From NCBI GenBank assembly GCA_963843145.1, contig CAWJJC010000027.1, positions 384,001-448,000 of the forward strand: a DNA stretch of 64,000 nucleotides. The letters run 5' to 3'. Below the pieces are notes generated by a model, which did not search any database, was not told the origin of the DNA, and saw only the letters and a list, made by a program, of their open reading frames with translations. Source of the stretch: an uncultured delta proteobacterium. Its GTDB lineage: Bacteria; Desulfobacterota; RBG-13-43-22. Below, piece by piece: positions 40,346 to 49,664 of the stretch. The translations under genes were made by a program, and so were the position numbers. Positions within the stretch are counted from its first letter, which is position 1; the number at the start of each line of letters is the position of its first letter.

Positions 40346-40615
40346 CTAAAAACCAGCCCCCTCTTTTCGTACCACTTCGAGCTTCCCCCGCAGCTCCGCC
40401 AGTTCCTTCTCCTGCTCCAGGAGGATGGAGACCAGGATGGTCTCCAGGGGCCAGGGCCGGGAGGCGTAGCTGCCGGCCTGGACGTGGATCCGGGCCCGGT
40501 CGAAGAGCCGGTCCAGGACCTGCTGGTCTTCCCGGCGCAGGGCCCGGCGGAATTTCTTCCAGTCTTCGTATTCCCGCTCCAGGGCTTGGCTGAATGGCAG
40601 TACCGTCCTTCCCAT
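40346..40615 (-). CDS. Small PolB2-associated protein (PPB2/arCOG07300-like)
   Basis: MGRTVLPF..EDWKKFRRALRREDQ..LETILVSILLEQEK; context with iRadA, lexA and polB2. Confidence 0.8.
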   Translation of the reverse strand: MGRTVLPFSQALEREYEDWKKFRRALRREDQQVLDRLFDRARIHVQAGSYASRPWPLETILVSILLEQEKELAELRGKLEVVRKEGAGF

Positions 40616-40766
40616 ACACTCCTCAAAGTCGAAATTGCACCGCAAAGACGCAAAGAAGGAGTTTTTTCCGGCTGTCGCCGGAGAAAAAATTCCTTTGCGC
40701 TCTTTGCGCCTTGAGCGAAGCGGGCGGTGAAAATTTTCGTCCGCGTGTGTCTGCGGTTAAAAAAGA

Positions 40767-41360
40767 TTACCCTCTACGGGGCACCACGGCGGCCGGGTGC
40801 TGCAGCATCCCTTCGATGCCCTGCTCGCCGTAGCGCACCTGGATCACCAGTTCCACCCGGGCGGCCAGTTCCCGGCCGTAAAAGAGGTTTTTGACCCGCG
40901 ACGATACCGGCCCCTGGAAAAGGAATACCCCCCTTCCCCGCCGCCCCAGGATGGCCAGGGAGGCCGCCACTTGTTTAAAAAGGTTCCGGCGCTCCGTCAA
41001 GGCCACCTGATCGTCGTAGAACAGGGCGCAGGGTCCGAGGACGAAGAGGGGTTCCCCCGGCCCGGTCGCGGGCAGGGTCTCGCAGAGCAGGGTAACCAAC
41101 TGATGGCAGGTAAAGGCCCGGCTCAGACGGATACGCTCGAGCAGCGCCCGGGGGTCCAGCTCCCGGTAGCGGCTCATGCGGGCCACCAAGTAAGGGTCGA
41201 AAGACTGGGCGGCATCCACCAGGGTCACGGGACTCCCCTGCAGGGCAACCCGGCCGATGAGGTAGGCGGCCAGGCGGGGCATGGCCTCCCCGAAAAAAAG
41301 GATGCTCCGGCCGGTAAGGGCCAGACGGCAAATCTGAGGCAGCAGGACTAAGGCGTTCAT
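40767..41360 (-). CDS. Inactivated RadA/RecA-like protein (iRadA)
   Basis: VTLVDAAQSFDPY, LERIRLSRAFTCHQL RecA-fold motifs; no intact Walker A. Confidence 0.75.
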   Translation of the reverse strand: MNALVLLPQICRLALTGRSILFFGEAMPRLAAYLIGRVALQGSPVTLVDAAQSFDPYLVARMSRYRELDPRALLERIRLSRAFTCHQLVTLLCETLPATGPGEPLFVLGPCALFYDDQVALTERRNLFKQVAASLAILGRRGRGVFLFQGPVSSRVKNLFYGRELAARVELVIQVRYGEQGIEGMLQHPAAVVPRRG

Positions 41361-41369
41361 ACCTGAAAG

Positions 41370-41575
41370 CCGTGAGGCGTAAAACGTAAGGCGTAAGGGG
41401 TAAGCGCCATAACGGTTGAAATTGACAACAAAAAATTCGTGAAGATATTTTCCCCAAAGGCCATCATGATTGAGCCAGGTGGCCGCCGGCCCTTTTCCCC
41501 GCCATTTCTTCTTTTACGCTTTACTCCTCACGCCTTGCGCCTTACGCTCCGCGCCCTGCGCTCAGCGCTCCGCGT
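41370..41575. repeat. Heptamer-repeat inverted element between lexA and iRadA
   Basis: AGGCGTA-like 7-mers on the left, complementary CCTTACG-like 7-mers on the right. Confidence 0.55.
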
Positions 41576-41578
41576 CTT

Positions 41579-42184
41579 TTACAAAACCGGCCGGTAGATC
41601 CCGATCACCTGCCCGATGACCCCCAAATCGGCCAGATTTTTCCGTTCGATGGTCAAGGGCTCGAATTCCGGATTGTCTCCTTTGAGGACCACCCGATCCC
41701 CTTCCCGGTGCCAGCGCTTCAAGGTCACCTCGTTATCCAGGCGGAAGACCCCCACCGCCCCTTCGGGCAGGCGCTCCTGACGGCGGACGATCACCTGGTC
41801 TCCCGAGAGAATGGTGGGACGCATGCTCTCGCCCTGGACCCGCAGCAGGAAGACCTCCTCGCCTTTGGCCCAGTCCGCCGGCAGGGTCACCTGGTCTTCC
41901 GCTTCTTCGAGGACCAGCCGGGGGCCGCCGGCGGCAACGGCCCCGTACCGTGAAATGGTGCGCAGCGGACCAGGAACCGGCTTCAAGCTCAGGCCCCGGG
42001 AGCGGTTCGGCTCCCGCTTCAGACGGCCCTTCCGAATCAGGGCCTTCAGGTGGTCCTGGACAGAGCCCGGGTAGATCCGGAAGTGGCCGGCCACCTCCCG
42101 CCGTGAAGGCGGATACCCGTGCCGTTCCTGGAAATCCCGGATAAATTCCAAAATCTCCTGTTGCCGCGGAGTCAATTCATCCAT
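41579..42184 (-). CDS. lexA: LexA repressor
   Basis: LTPRQQEIL..GYPPSRRE winged helix; VAAG cleavage site; GESM Ser and VTLK Lys catalytic dyad. Confidence 0.93.
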   Translation of the reverse strand: MDELTPRQQEILEFIRDFQERHGYPPSRREVAGHFRIYPGSVQDHLKALIRKGRLKREPNRSRGLSLKPVPGPLRTISRYGAVAAGGPRLVLEEAEDQVTLPADWAKGEEVFLLRVQGESMRPTILSGDQVIVRRQERLPEGAVGVFRLDNEVTLKRWHREGDRVVLKGDNPEFEPLTIERKNLADLGVIGQVIGIYRPVL

Positions 42185-42190
42185 GGCTTG

Positions 42191-42220
42191 TCATATACCA
42201 TACATTTGTATGGTTGTCAA
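42191..42220 (-). promoter_or_regulatory. lexA promoter with 18-bp palindrome (candidate LexA box)
   Basis: TTGACA-N17-TATATG ending 7 nt before the ATG; ACCATACA-TT-TGTATGGT at 42197-42214. Confidence 0.65.
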
Positions 42221-42255
42221 CGGAAAATCATATTTTTCTGGAGGGGGCGTATTAA

Positions 42256-42550
42256 CCCCCCCCCATGCCCGGGGCGGGCACCCCGAATGATGAAAATATT
42301 TCAAGTTTTTGTTTTTCGTAGGGCAGGCGACCCCGCCTGCCGGTTGAATGAGGGATAAGGTTTCCTGCACATCCAGGGTAAGGCTACGGCGACGATGGCG
42401 AAATCCGGCCCCGGTTTGGGCGGCGGGGTCGCCGCCCCTACCTTTCTGGTCATTCGAGCTCGATTAAACCCCGAATCTAATTTTTTTAGAGGAGGGTAGA
42501 ATTGATAACCTCGCAATGACAGCCTGGAGGACTTTTTGCGAAGTTATCAG
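42256..42550. repeat. Cluster of REP-like repeats
   Basis: CCCRTGCCCGGGGCGGGCACCCCGAA recurs near 43070; GTAGGGCAGGCGACCCCGCC...GGCGGGGTCGCCGCCCCTAC inverted pair; half element CTCGCAATGAC..GACTTTTTGCG. Confidence 0.55.
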
Positions 42551-42975
42551 AATTAAGCCAGTCAATGATCAGTCCGGCCGTTTCTTCGGGGAGTTCTTCC
42601 TGAGGGGCATGGCCGCAGTGGGGGATGATGCGCAGGGTGGAATGGGGGAGATCCCGCTCCAAACGCCGGCCGACGGGGAGTTTTACCCAGGGGTCATCCT
42701 CCCCCCAGATCAGCAAGGTGGGGATATCAATGGCGGGAAGGCGTTGGTCGTACCGGCTCAAAATTTTGAAATCCAGAGCCGGCACCTTTCAGGTCGAGGG
42801 CATAGACCCGGTAGCCCGCCGCCTGCAGCAACGGGGCCAGCGCTTCCCAGGAGTAGGTCGAGGAACCCAGGCCGTGCAACAGGAAGAGCGTTTGCCCGGC
42901 TGCCGGGTATTCCAGGTAATGATAGTTCACTCCCCGGATGGTAATAAATTGGCTCTGGGGATGGCTCTTTTTCAT
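42551..42975 (-). pseudogene. Alpha/beta hydrolase with central deletion
   Basis: LLHGLGSSTYSW..VYALDLKG joined out of frame to PTLLIWGEDDPWV..CGHAPQEE; nucleophile elbow GxSxG missing. Confidence 0.75.
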
Positions 42976-43259
42976 TTCTGACGCTTCGCCCTTTGGGGTG
43001 GGTACCCCCGCCTATCTGGTATGGCCGTTGGGTCTCGGCGGCCACGAAGGTGCGATTTCAGGCTAAACCCCCGTGCCCGGGGCGGGCACCCCGAAGAACA
43101 AAGGGGTAGACATAACCCTAACTGGTTGACATTAATAATTAATAATCAATTGTTAATTATCAATTGATTATTGATTATTGGCCCTTTGCAGGTCATGGAG
43201 TTTATTTTCGCACTAAACTACTCTGTATTGTGACCACCCACCCCAAAGGGAGAACAACC

Positions 43260-44966
43260 TCATTTCTGTCCGGGCCGCAGGGCTTTCTTGTCCACCTTCC
43301 CCACGGGGGTCAGCGGGAGGGAATCAACGAATTCAATGATCTTGGGAACCTTGTAGGGAGACAGGTTCTCCCGGGCGAAATTCAAGATTTCCCGTTTGAG
43401 CGTCTCTTCCGGCCGGTCCTTGGCAGCCGGGGATCTTTGAATCACCAGCTTGACCAGTTCACTGCCCGGCCGCTGGGGATTGGGAACACCGACGATGGCG
43501 CACAGGTCCACCGCCGGGTGGTCATAGAGTTTTTCTTCCACTTCCCGGGAGAAGACCTTAAAGCCCCCCACGTTGAGCATATCCTTGGCCCGGTCCACCA
43601 GGGTGAAATACCCGGCTTCATCCATGCGGGCCACGTCGCCGGTATGCATCCAGACTTCTCCTTGAAATTCACGCAGGGCATGGGCGGTTTCCTCCGGCCG
43701 GTTGAGATAGCCTTTCATCACCTGCGGGCCTTGAATGATAAGCTCCCCTTCCTCCCCGATGGGCACTTCCAGGCTCCCGGTTTCCAGGTCGGCCAGTTTC
43801 ACTCGCGTATTAACTATGGGTAACCCGACGGTGCCGATCTTCTTTTGGCCTAAATGAGGGTTGCAGGTGATCAGCGGACTGGTTTCCGTCATCCCGTACA
43901 CTTCCACGACTTTCCCGACGCCCACGATTGCTTCCAGCGCCCGGATGGATTCCACCGGAAAAGGAGCGGCCCCGGACAGACAGAAAGTCAATTGGCTGTA
44001 ATCAAGTTTCCGGAACTTCGGGTTATCCATCAACATCAAATAGAGTGTCGGGACATTGACCAGGATAGTGGGCCGGTACTGGGCAATCTCCCGGCAGATG
44101 TGGTTCGTATCCCGGGGGTTGGGAATCAGGACCTGGGTGCCGCCCAGGGCCAGGGTGGTCATGGCCAGCATTAATCCCGCCAGATGAAAAAAGGGGAACC
44201 CGGATAAAAAGACCTCCTTTCCCGCTTCCATATGAAACCAGGTTCTGGCTTGAACGATATTGGCCACCAGATTGCGATGGGTCAGCATGGTCCCTTTGGG
44301 GAGACCGGTGGTGCCTCCCGTGTATTGAATCAGACAGACGGCCTCCACCGGGATCTTTAAATCTAAGGGCAAAGAAGGGTATCGGTCCATGACGCGCATA
44401 AAAGGGATCACGGTTTTTTCCGGCAGGTCGAAGATCCTTCCCGTGGGGACCTTTTTTATCTTTTTCCCCAGGAGCTGTTTCCAACGGGGGAGGAAATCCA
44501 AGATCCCGGTTGGGCAGATCGTGCGGAGGTCCGGCAGTTCCTGGTGGATGGGGGCCAGGCGCTTTTCAAAGATGGCATCCAGCGTCACCAGCACCTTGGC
44601 GCGGCTGTCTTTCAATTGGTAGGCCATTTCCTTCCCGGTATGAAGGGGCGAAAGGCCGGTGACGGCGCACCCGGCCAGGATGGCGCCGATATGGGCAATG
44701 AGGTACTGAGGGGTATTGGGTAAATTGACGGCCACCACGTCCCCGGGTTGGCAACCCTGCTCCCGGAGCATATGGGCGAATCTTAGGGCCCGGTTTTGGA
44801 ATTCCTGGAAGGTGGTGGTCAAACCGAGGAAATGGTAGGCGTTCTTCTGGGGGAAACGCTGGAAGGTTTCCTGAAGCAGATCCGTATAGGATTGATCGGG
44901 GATGGGGATTTCAGGTCGAACATCCGCGTCATAAGAAGACAGCCACGGCCGGTCGTCGTAGTTCAT
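43260..44966 (-). CDS. Long-chain fatty acid--CoA ligase
   Basis: QYTGGTTGLPKG, YGMTETSP, HTGDV, DRAKDM, VGKVDKK. Confidence 0.93.
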   Translation of the reverse strand: MNYDDRPWLSSYDADVRPEIPIPDQSYTDLLQETFQRFPQKNAYHFLGLTTTFQEFQNRALRFAHMLREQGCQPGDVVAVNLPNTPQYLIAHIGAILAGCAVTGLSPLHTGKEMAYQLKDSRAKVLVTLDAIFEKRLAPIHQELPDLRTICPTGILDFLPRWKQLLGKKIKKVPTGRIFDLPEKTVIPFMRVMDRYPSLPLDLKIPVEAVCLIQYTGGTTGLPKGTMLTHRNLVANIVQARTWFHMEAGKEVFLSGFPFFHLAGLMLAMTTLALGGTQVLIPNPRDTNHICREIAQYRPTILVNVPTLYLMLMDNPKFRKLDYSQLTFCLSGAAPFPVESIRALEAIVGVGKVVEVYGMTETSPLITCNPHLGQKKIGTVGLPIVNTRVKLADLETGSLEVPIGEEGELIIQGPQVMKGYLNRPEETAHALREFQGEVWMHTGDVARMDEAGYFTLVDRAKDMLNVGGFKVFSREVEEKLYDHPAVDLCAIVGVPNPQRPGSELVKLVIQRSPAAKDRPEETLKREILNFARENLSPYKVPKIIEFVDSLPLTPVGKVDKKALRPGQK

Positions 44967-45160
44967 AGGTGCCCTCCTGGGAAAAGGGAAGCGGTTGACT
45001 ACGAAATAAGCGGATGGAATGCTGGATGACGGTTTAGATTAGACACATTTTGTCTGGGTTATCAATAAAAATTATACAGACCGATGACCGGTCTTTTCCT
45101 TTCCAGATCATTATGATACGATAAGAAAAAATCCGGTGGGCATAGGCAACAGAGGCGAAC

Positions 45161-46576
45161 ATGAAAAAATGGCAACGAAGATCCCTTCGGGGTCTGCTGA
45201 TTATCATGATTCTCTTCGTCGGCGGGCTGGGGTGGTATGTTTATAAGGCCGTCCCCATCGGCACCGGTTATGCGGCGAAATACCTCTGTTCCAGCGTTTT
45301 TATTTCCCAGCGGGACCCGGCAGCGGTCTTTAAGGAAGACATTATACCGGTGGATAAAACGCTGACCCGGGTGATTGACGTAGCGGTGGACTATAACCGC
45401 AAAACCGTAACAGCCACGGCTTTGGGCCCATTGAAATCCAAAGCCATCTACCGCGAAGGCTGCGGCTGCACCCTGGTGGTCGGCGCCACCGAGGATGAAC
45501 TTCGGAGGCAGCCCCGGCCCGCCTTTACTCCCCGACGTCTCCCGATAAATCAACCTTGGCCCACTGGTGAAGAAGGACCGGACAGGACCCGGCCCGCGGG
45601 CTGGGACGACGAAAAGCTGCGGCAGGCCATCGACCGGCACTTTGCCGAGCCGGGTCCCGACAAGAAAAAGCAAACCCGGGCCGTAGTGGTGGTTTACGAC
45701 GGCCGCCTGGCGGCGGAACGCTACGCACCCGGTTTTCGCCAGGACATGCCGCTCCTCGGCTGGTCCATGGCCAAGAGCGTGACCAGCGCGATCCTGGGGA
45801 TCATGGTGCAAAAAGGGCTCATCGACATCCACCGCCCGGCCCCGGTATCCGAATGGCAAAATCCCGGGGATCCCCGCCGGGCCATCACCATCGACCAATT
45901 GCTGCGCATGGCCAGCGGCCTTAAATTTGATGAGGTGTACCAACCGCTGCGCGGGGTGACTACCATGCTTTACGGCTCCCGTGACTTCGGGGCCTTTGCC
46001 GCCGGCCAACCCCTGGAAATTCCCCCGGACCAAGAATGGCACTATTCCAGCGGTACGACCAATATCTTGGCCAAAATTATTCGCCTCCGACTGGAGGCGG
46101 CCGGCCTGCGCTCCCTGGATTTTATCCGCCGGGAGTTGTTCGACCCTTTGGGCATGTCCAGCGCCGTCTTTGAGCCGGATCCTTCCGGGACCTTCGTCGG
46201 GTCTTCCTACCTGTGGGCCACCCCCCGGGATTGGGCGCGCTTCGGGCTCTTTTATTTGCAGGACGGGGTCTGGCAGGGCCAGCGGATTCTTCCCGAAGGC
46301 TGGGTCACGTATTCATCTACTCCAACGCCGCTAGCGCCACTAGGTCAATACGGCGCCCATTTCTGGCTGAATGCCGGATCGGCTTCCAACCCAGCGGATC
46401 GGGTCTGGCCGCAGGTGCCGACGGATGCTTTTTTCGCCGAAGGCTATCAGGGCCAGCGGGTGGTCATCATTCCTTCCAGGAAACTGGTTGTGGTCCGGTT
46501 CGGCCTGACCCCGAATCCGGCCGACATGGATTTTGAGGCCTTTCTGGTTGACGTCCTGAAGGCCTTTTCTGGTTGA
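45161..46576 (+). CDS. Serine hydrolase, beta-lactamase class C-like
   Basis: WSMAKS (SxxK), YSSG, LFDPLGM, GYQGQ; N-terminal membrane anchor. Confidence 0.9.
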   Translation: MKKWQRRSLRGLLIIMILFVGGLGWYVYKAVPIGTGYAAKYLCSSVFISQRDPAAVFKEDIIPVDKTLTRVIDVAVDYNRKTVTATALGPLKSKAIYREGCGCTLVVGATEDELRRQPRPAFTPRRLPINQPWPTGEEGPDRTRPAGWDDEKLRQAIDRHFAEPGPDKKKQTRAVVVVYDGRLAAERYAPGFRQDMPLLGWSMAKSVTSAILGIMVQKGLIDIHRPAPVSEWQNPGDPRRAITIDQLLRMASGLKFDEVYQPLRGVTTMLYGSRDFGAFAAGQPLEIPPDQEWHYSSGTTNILAKIIRLRLEAAGLRSLDFIRRELFDPLGMSSAVFEPDPSGTFVGSSYLWATPRDWARFGLFYLQDGVWQGQRILPEGWVTYSSTPTPLAPLGQYGAHFWLNAGSASNPADRVWPQVPTDAFFAEGYQGQRVVIIPSRKLVVVRFGLTPNPADMDFEAFLVDVLKAFSG

Positions 46577-46669
46577 GAAATAGCGGTTCTTCTCTCCCCA
46601 AAGGGTAAGACGAATAAACGTTTCCACATGGTCCGAATATGGGCTCCCTCTGCTGGCGCTAAATCTTGA

Positions 46670-47476
46670 TTAGGGCCGCTGACTTAGTATTCCCCGATGA
46701 TAGGCTTCAATGTACTTGAGGCAGTAACGGTCCTTAGCTAGCAGGACCTCGGCAGCGTAAATGAGGGCTACCATGGGGCGGTCTAACGGGTCCATAATAA
46801 CGGCATCCAGTCCGCCTGCCACGCTAAGGACAACAAAGGCTCGGTTAAGCTGGCGCCGTTCCGGCAGACCATAAGATACATTGCTGAGGCCGGAAATAAA
46901 GTGCAAACCCGCAAAGTGCGAGCCCAGGATCTTCATCAGGTCCAACGTGGCCAACACGCCGCCCGGACTGGTAGCAATAGAACGCACGAGGGGATCAAAA
47001 TAGATGTCTTCCAGGGGAACGCCATCGGCCAACAGATCCTTTACCAATGCTAAGCCTACCTCCAGGGCCAGATTCTTGTCCTGGGGTACACCTCGGTCAT
47101 CCATGCATAAGGCCACCACAGAGGCACCGTATTGCTTCACCAACGGTAATACCTGTTCATATCGTCGTTTCTCTCCGCTGATTGAATTGACCATTGGCTT
47201 GCCCTGATGAACGGCCAGTCCTGCGGCCAGAGCCAACGGATTGGGACTGTCCAGGCAGAGCGGCAAACCTACTGCTGACTGGACAATCCCAACTAGCCAG
47301 GCAAGCGCCTCAGGCTCGGTTTCGGCCGGCAAGGTGCCGCAATTTACATCCAGACTTTGTGCTCCGGCCCGAACCTGTCGAATGGCCTCCTCCCGGATTA
47401 CGTCACTCTTTCTCCCTTCAACCGCACTACTTATGCTTTTCCGGGTGGAATTAATCTTCTCGCCTATGATTAACAT
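46670..47476 (-). CDS. Pterin-binding methyltetrahydrofolate:corrinoid methyltransferase (AcsE/MeTr-like)
   Basis: IIGEKINST, LDVNCG, LCLDS, NSISGE, FDPLV, GLSNVSYGLP. Confidence 0.9.
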   Translation of the reverse strand: MLIIGEKINSTRKSISSAVEGRKSDVIREEAIRQVRAGAQSLDVNCGTLPAETEPEALAWLVGIVQSAVGLPLCLDSPNPLALAAGLAVHQGKPMVNSISGEKRRYEQVLPLVKQYGASVVALCMDDRGVPQDKNLALEVGLALVKDLLADGVPLEDIYFDPLVRSIATSPGGVLATLDLMKILGSHFAGLHFISGLSNVSYGLPERRQLNRAFVVLSVAGGLDAVIMDPLDRPMVALIYAAEVLLAKDRYCLKYIEAYHRGILSQRP

Positions 47477-48108
47477 CAGCGCTCCTCAGCATAAATCCGT
47501 TTGCAAATATTCAACCCGGCCACGGCATCCTCTGCATAAAAATCAGCGCCGGCAAACTGCCTCACCTGCTCATTGCAAGGTGTTCCGCCGATGATCACCT
47601 TAACGCAATCTTTGAGACCGGCCTGGCCGACCGCCTCCACCACAGCCTTCATCTGAGGATAGGCAAAATTCAATAAGGCGCTTAGGCCCAGGACCTTGGA
47701 TCCCGTCTCTCGGAGAGCGGCCACAAATTTTTCGGCCGGCACATCGACACCGAGATCAACGACTTCGAAACCAGACCCGCGCAGGAGCGTTATGACGATG
47801 TTCTTGCCAATATCATGGATGTCGCCTTTCACCGTTCCGATAACGACCTTTCCCAAAGAAGAGCTACCGCCTGCCTCTCGGAGCAATGGCTCCAATCGTT
47901 TCATGACGGTTTTGAGGATCTCCGCGGAGAAAATAAGCTGGCTGATAAAATACGTGCCGATGGAGAAAAGCTCTCCTACCGCAATCATGCCCTCGTCGCA
48001 GGCCTTGATTATTTCAAATGCCGGCACGCCTTCTTTGATCCTCTCCTCAACGAGATCGTAAAACTTCTTCTCGTCTAAATCGCGCAATGCCTGAGCAAGT
48101 TCATCCAT
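47476..48108 (-). CDS. Corrinoid (cobalamin-binding) protein
   Basis: GTVKGDIHDIGKNIV (DxHxxG), DLGVDV, LSALL, IIGG. Confidence 0.93.
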   Translation of the reverse strand: MDELAQALRDLDEKKFYDLVEERIKEGVPAFEIIKACDEGMIAVGELFSIGTYFISQLIFSAEILKTVMKRLEPLLREAGGSSSLGKVVIGTVKGDIHDIGKNIVITLLRGSGFEVVDLGVDVPAEKFVAALRETGSKVLGLSALLNFAYPQMKAVVEAVGQAGLKDCVKVIIGGTPCNEQVRQFAGADFYAEDAVAGLNICKRIYAEER

Positions 48109-48134
48109 TTTGCTTCCTCCCTTATATCAATTTC

Positions 48135-49499
48135 TTACAACGCCCACTGCCAGAGCCAGATGTAGGCCATACTCTCGAACATTTCCCAAGGCTTCTGGAT
48201 CAAACCTTCTTCACCCATAACCCCACCGATTTCGGTTGATTTCACCTCCCAGGGTGTAACCATTTTCGGGAACTTGAAGGCCCTGATTTCACCTGGAGGA
48301 GCTGCCTTGGGCTTAGGTTTAATACTTTTGTCGTAAACCCCGAATTCCATCACTCCATCGATCATGGCGCGAAAATTTTCAGGCTTTGTGGTGTAAGGGA
48401 TGCCGCAACCTCCGTTGACTATAAAGCCGCCTCCCTGGCCCACGATTTCACATAAGTGCTTCACCTGCTGGCGCATCTCTTCTGGAGTCCCGAGGATAAA
48501 CTGGGAATCCTTAATCCCGCCCGCTAAACACTGGTGATGACCGATCTCTTTCTTGGCATTAAAAATATCGCCCTGATTGTCGATGTCGCAAAGGACCTTG
48601 CCCCTGGGCAGTTCCAGCATATGATGCCAGTGATGACTCCAGTCACCTTCCAGGTAGGCGCGGACTGTGTGGCCTGCCCCAATTATTATCTCCAGGACCC
48701 TCTTAAAGGAAGGCCAGTAGAACCTGTCGAACTCCTGGGGTGAGAGGAAGCAGGCCTTGTGGGTGGGCACGAAAATGGGCCACCGTCTGAGCGGATCGGC
48801 CATGGCCAGCGCGAGATTGGCCATTTCATTAACCAGGACGTCACAGGCGGCTACGACCTTATCTGGCTGCCGGTAACAGTCCATGAGGGTGCCCGTCAAC
48901 CCGCGCATACCATCGGCCAGAACATCAAAGGGGGCTAGGAAGAAGCCCGCCATGGGTTGGGGCATGCCTACCTCGTTTTGCAAATGGATGGCCCGGTTCC
49001 TCATGATCTGGCCCAGCATCACTTGGGCCATTCCGCCCTTGAGGAAGGCCAGGTAAGAGCGTATGGAACCTCTCTCTCCATATTCGCCAAGTATCCTGGG
49101 CAACCAGCGGTCAAAAAGGAATTCAACGGGATTGTTAATCAGCAGGCCGTACTCGTCGGCCTTCATGTATTCCTCTTCCACAAATTGAAACTGGTTTCGA
49201 GGTGGCAGGTCCCGGCCCGGCAGCTTGTAGGTTTTCAATCCGACGGCGTCAAAGAGCGGACCATAAATGCGGTTGTCCCTCAGCACATCTACCTCGGGAA
49301 AAGCGCGGCAGAAATCCACTTCCGCCTGGAGCCACTTTTCACTATCGTAGATCGTTTCTTGGTTCGTGTTGCCAGAGTAGACCTCAGCAAAATAGTTGCT
49401 GCCAGGTGCGATCGGCACGCGATCTGTCGGCTCCAGGGCAACGGCCGCCTGGTAGCGGCCCAATCTTTCGTCAAAAAGTGCTTTTGCATCTTGGGACAT
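48135..49499 (-). CDS. Uroporphyrinogen decarboxylase/MtaA-CmuA family methyltransferase
   Basis: DRVP, APFD, FLSPQEFDRFYWP, GTPEE, GGFI..GC. Confidence 0.85.
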   Translation of the reverse strand: MSQDAKALFDERLGRYQAAVALEPTDRVPIAPGSNYFAEVYSGNTNQETIYDSEKWLQAEVDFCRAFPEVDVLRDNRIYGPLFDAVGLKTYKLPGRDLPPRNQFQFVEEEYMKADEYGLLINNPVEFLFDRWLPRILGEYGERGSIRSYLAFLKGGMAQVMLGQIMRNRAIHLQNEVGMPQPMAGFFLAPFDVLADGMRGLTGTLMDCYRQPDKVVAACDVLVNEMANLALAMADPLRRWPIFVPTHKACFLSPQEFDRFYWPSFKRVLEIIIGAGHTVRAYLEGDWSHHWHHMLELPRGKVLCDIDNQGDIFNAKKEIGHHQCLAGGIKDSQFILGTPEEMRQQVKHLCEIVGQGGGFIVNGGCGIPYTTKPENFRAMIDGVMEFGVYDKSIKPKPKAAPPGEIRAFKFPKMVTPWEVKSTEIGGVMGEEGLIQKPWEMFESMAYIWLWQWAL

Positions 49500-49664
49500 G
49501 GCATCGCCTCCTCCATTTTTTTTAGGATAACCCCTAGCCAAAAAGTTTTGAAATTTTTTTGGCTGTAACCAGAACTACTTTAAAAGGTTCAAGGAACGTT
49601 CTTTTATATTAGATTCTCACATCCATGGTTAGAGACGAATCATCAGAGCAATGGATAAAAGAAT

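Noticed and set aside
29349-42184. Prophage or pipolin/casposon interpretation of polB plus repressor
   Set aside because: No integrase, Cas1 or structural genes; polymerase motifs and neighbours fit PolB2-PPB2-iRadA-LexA
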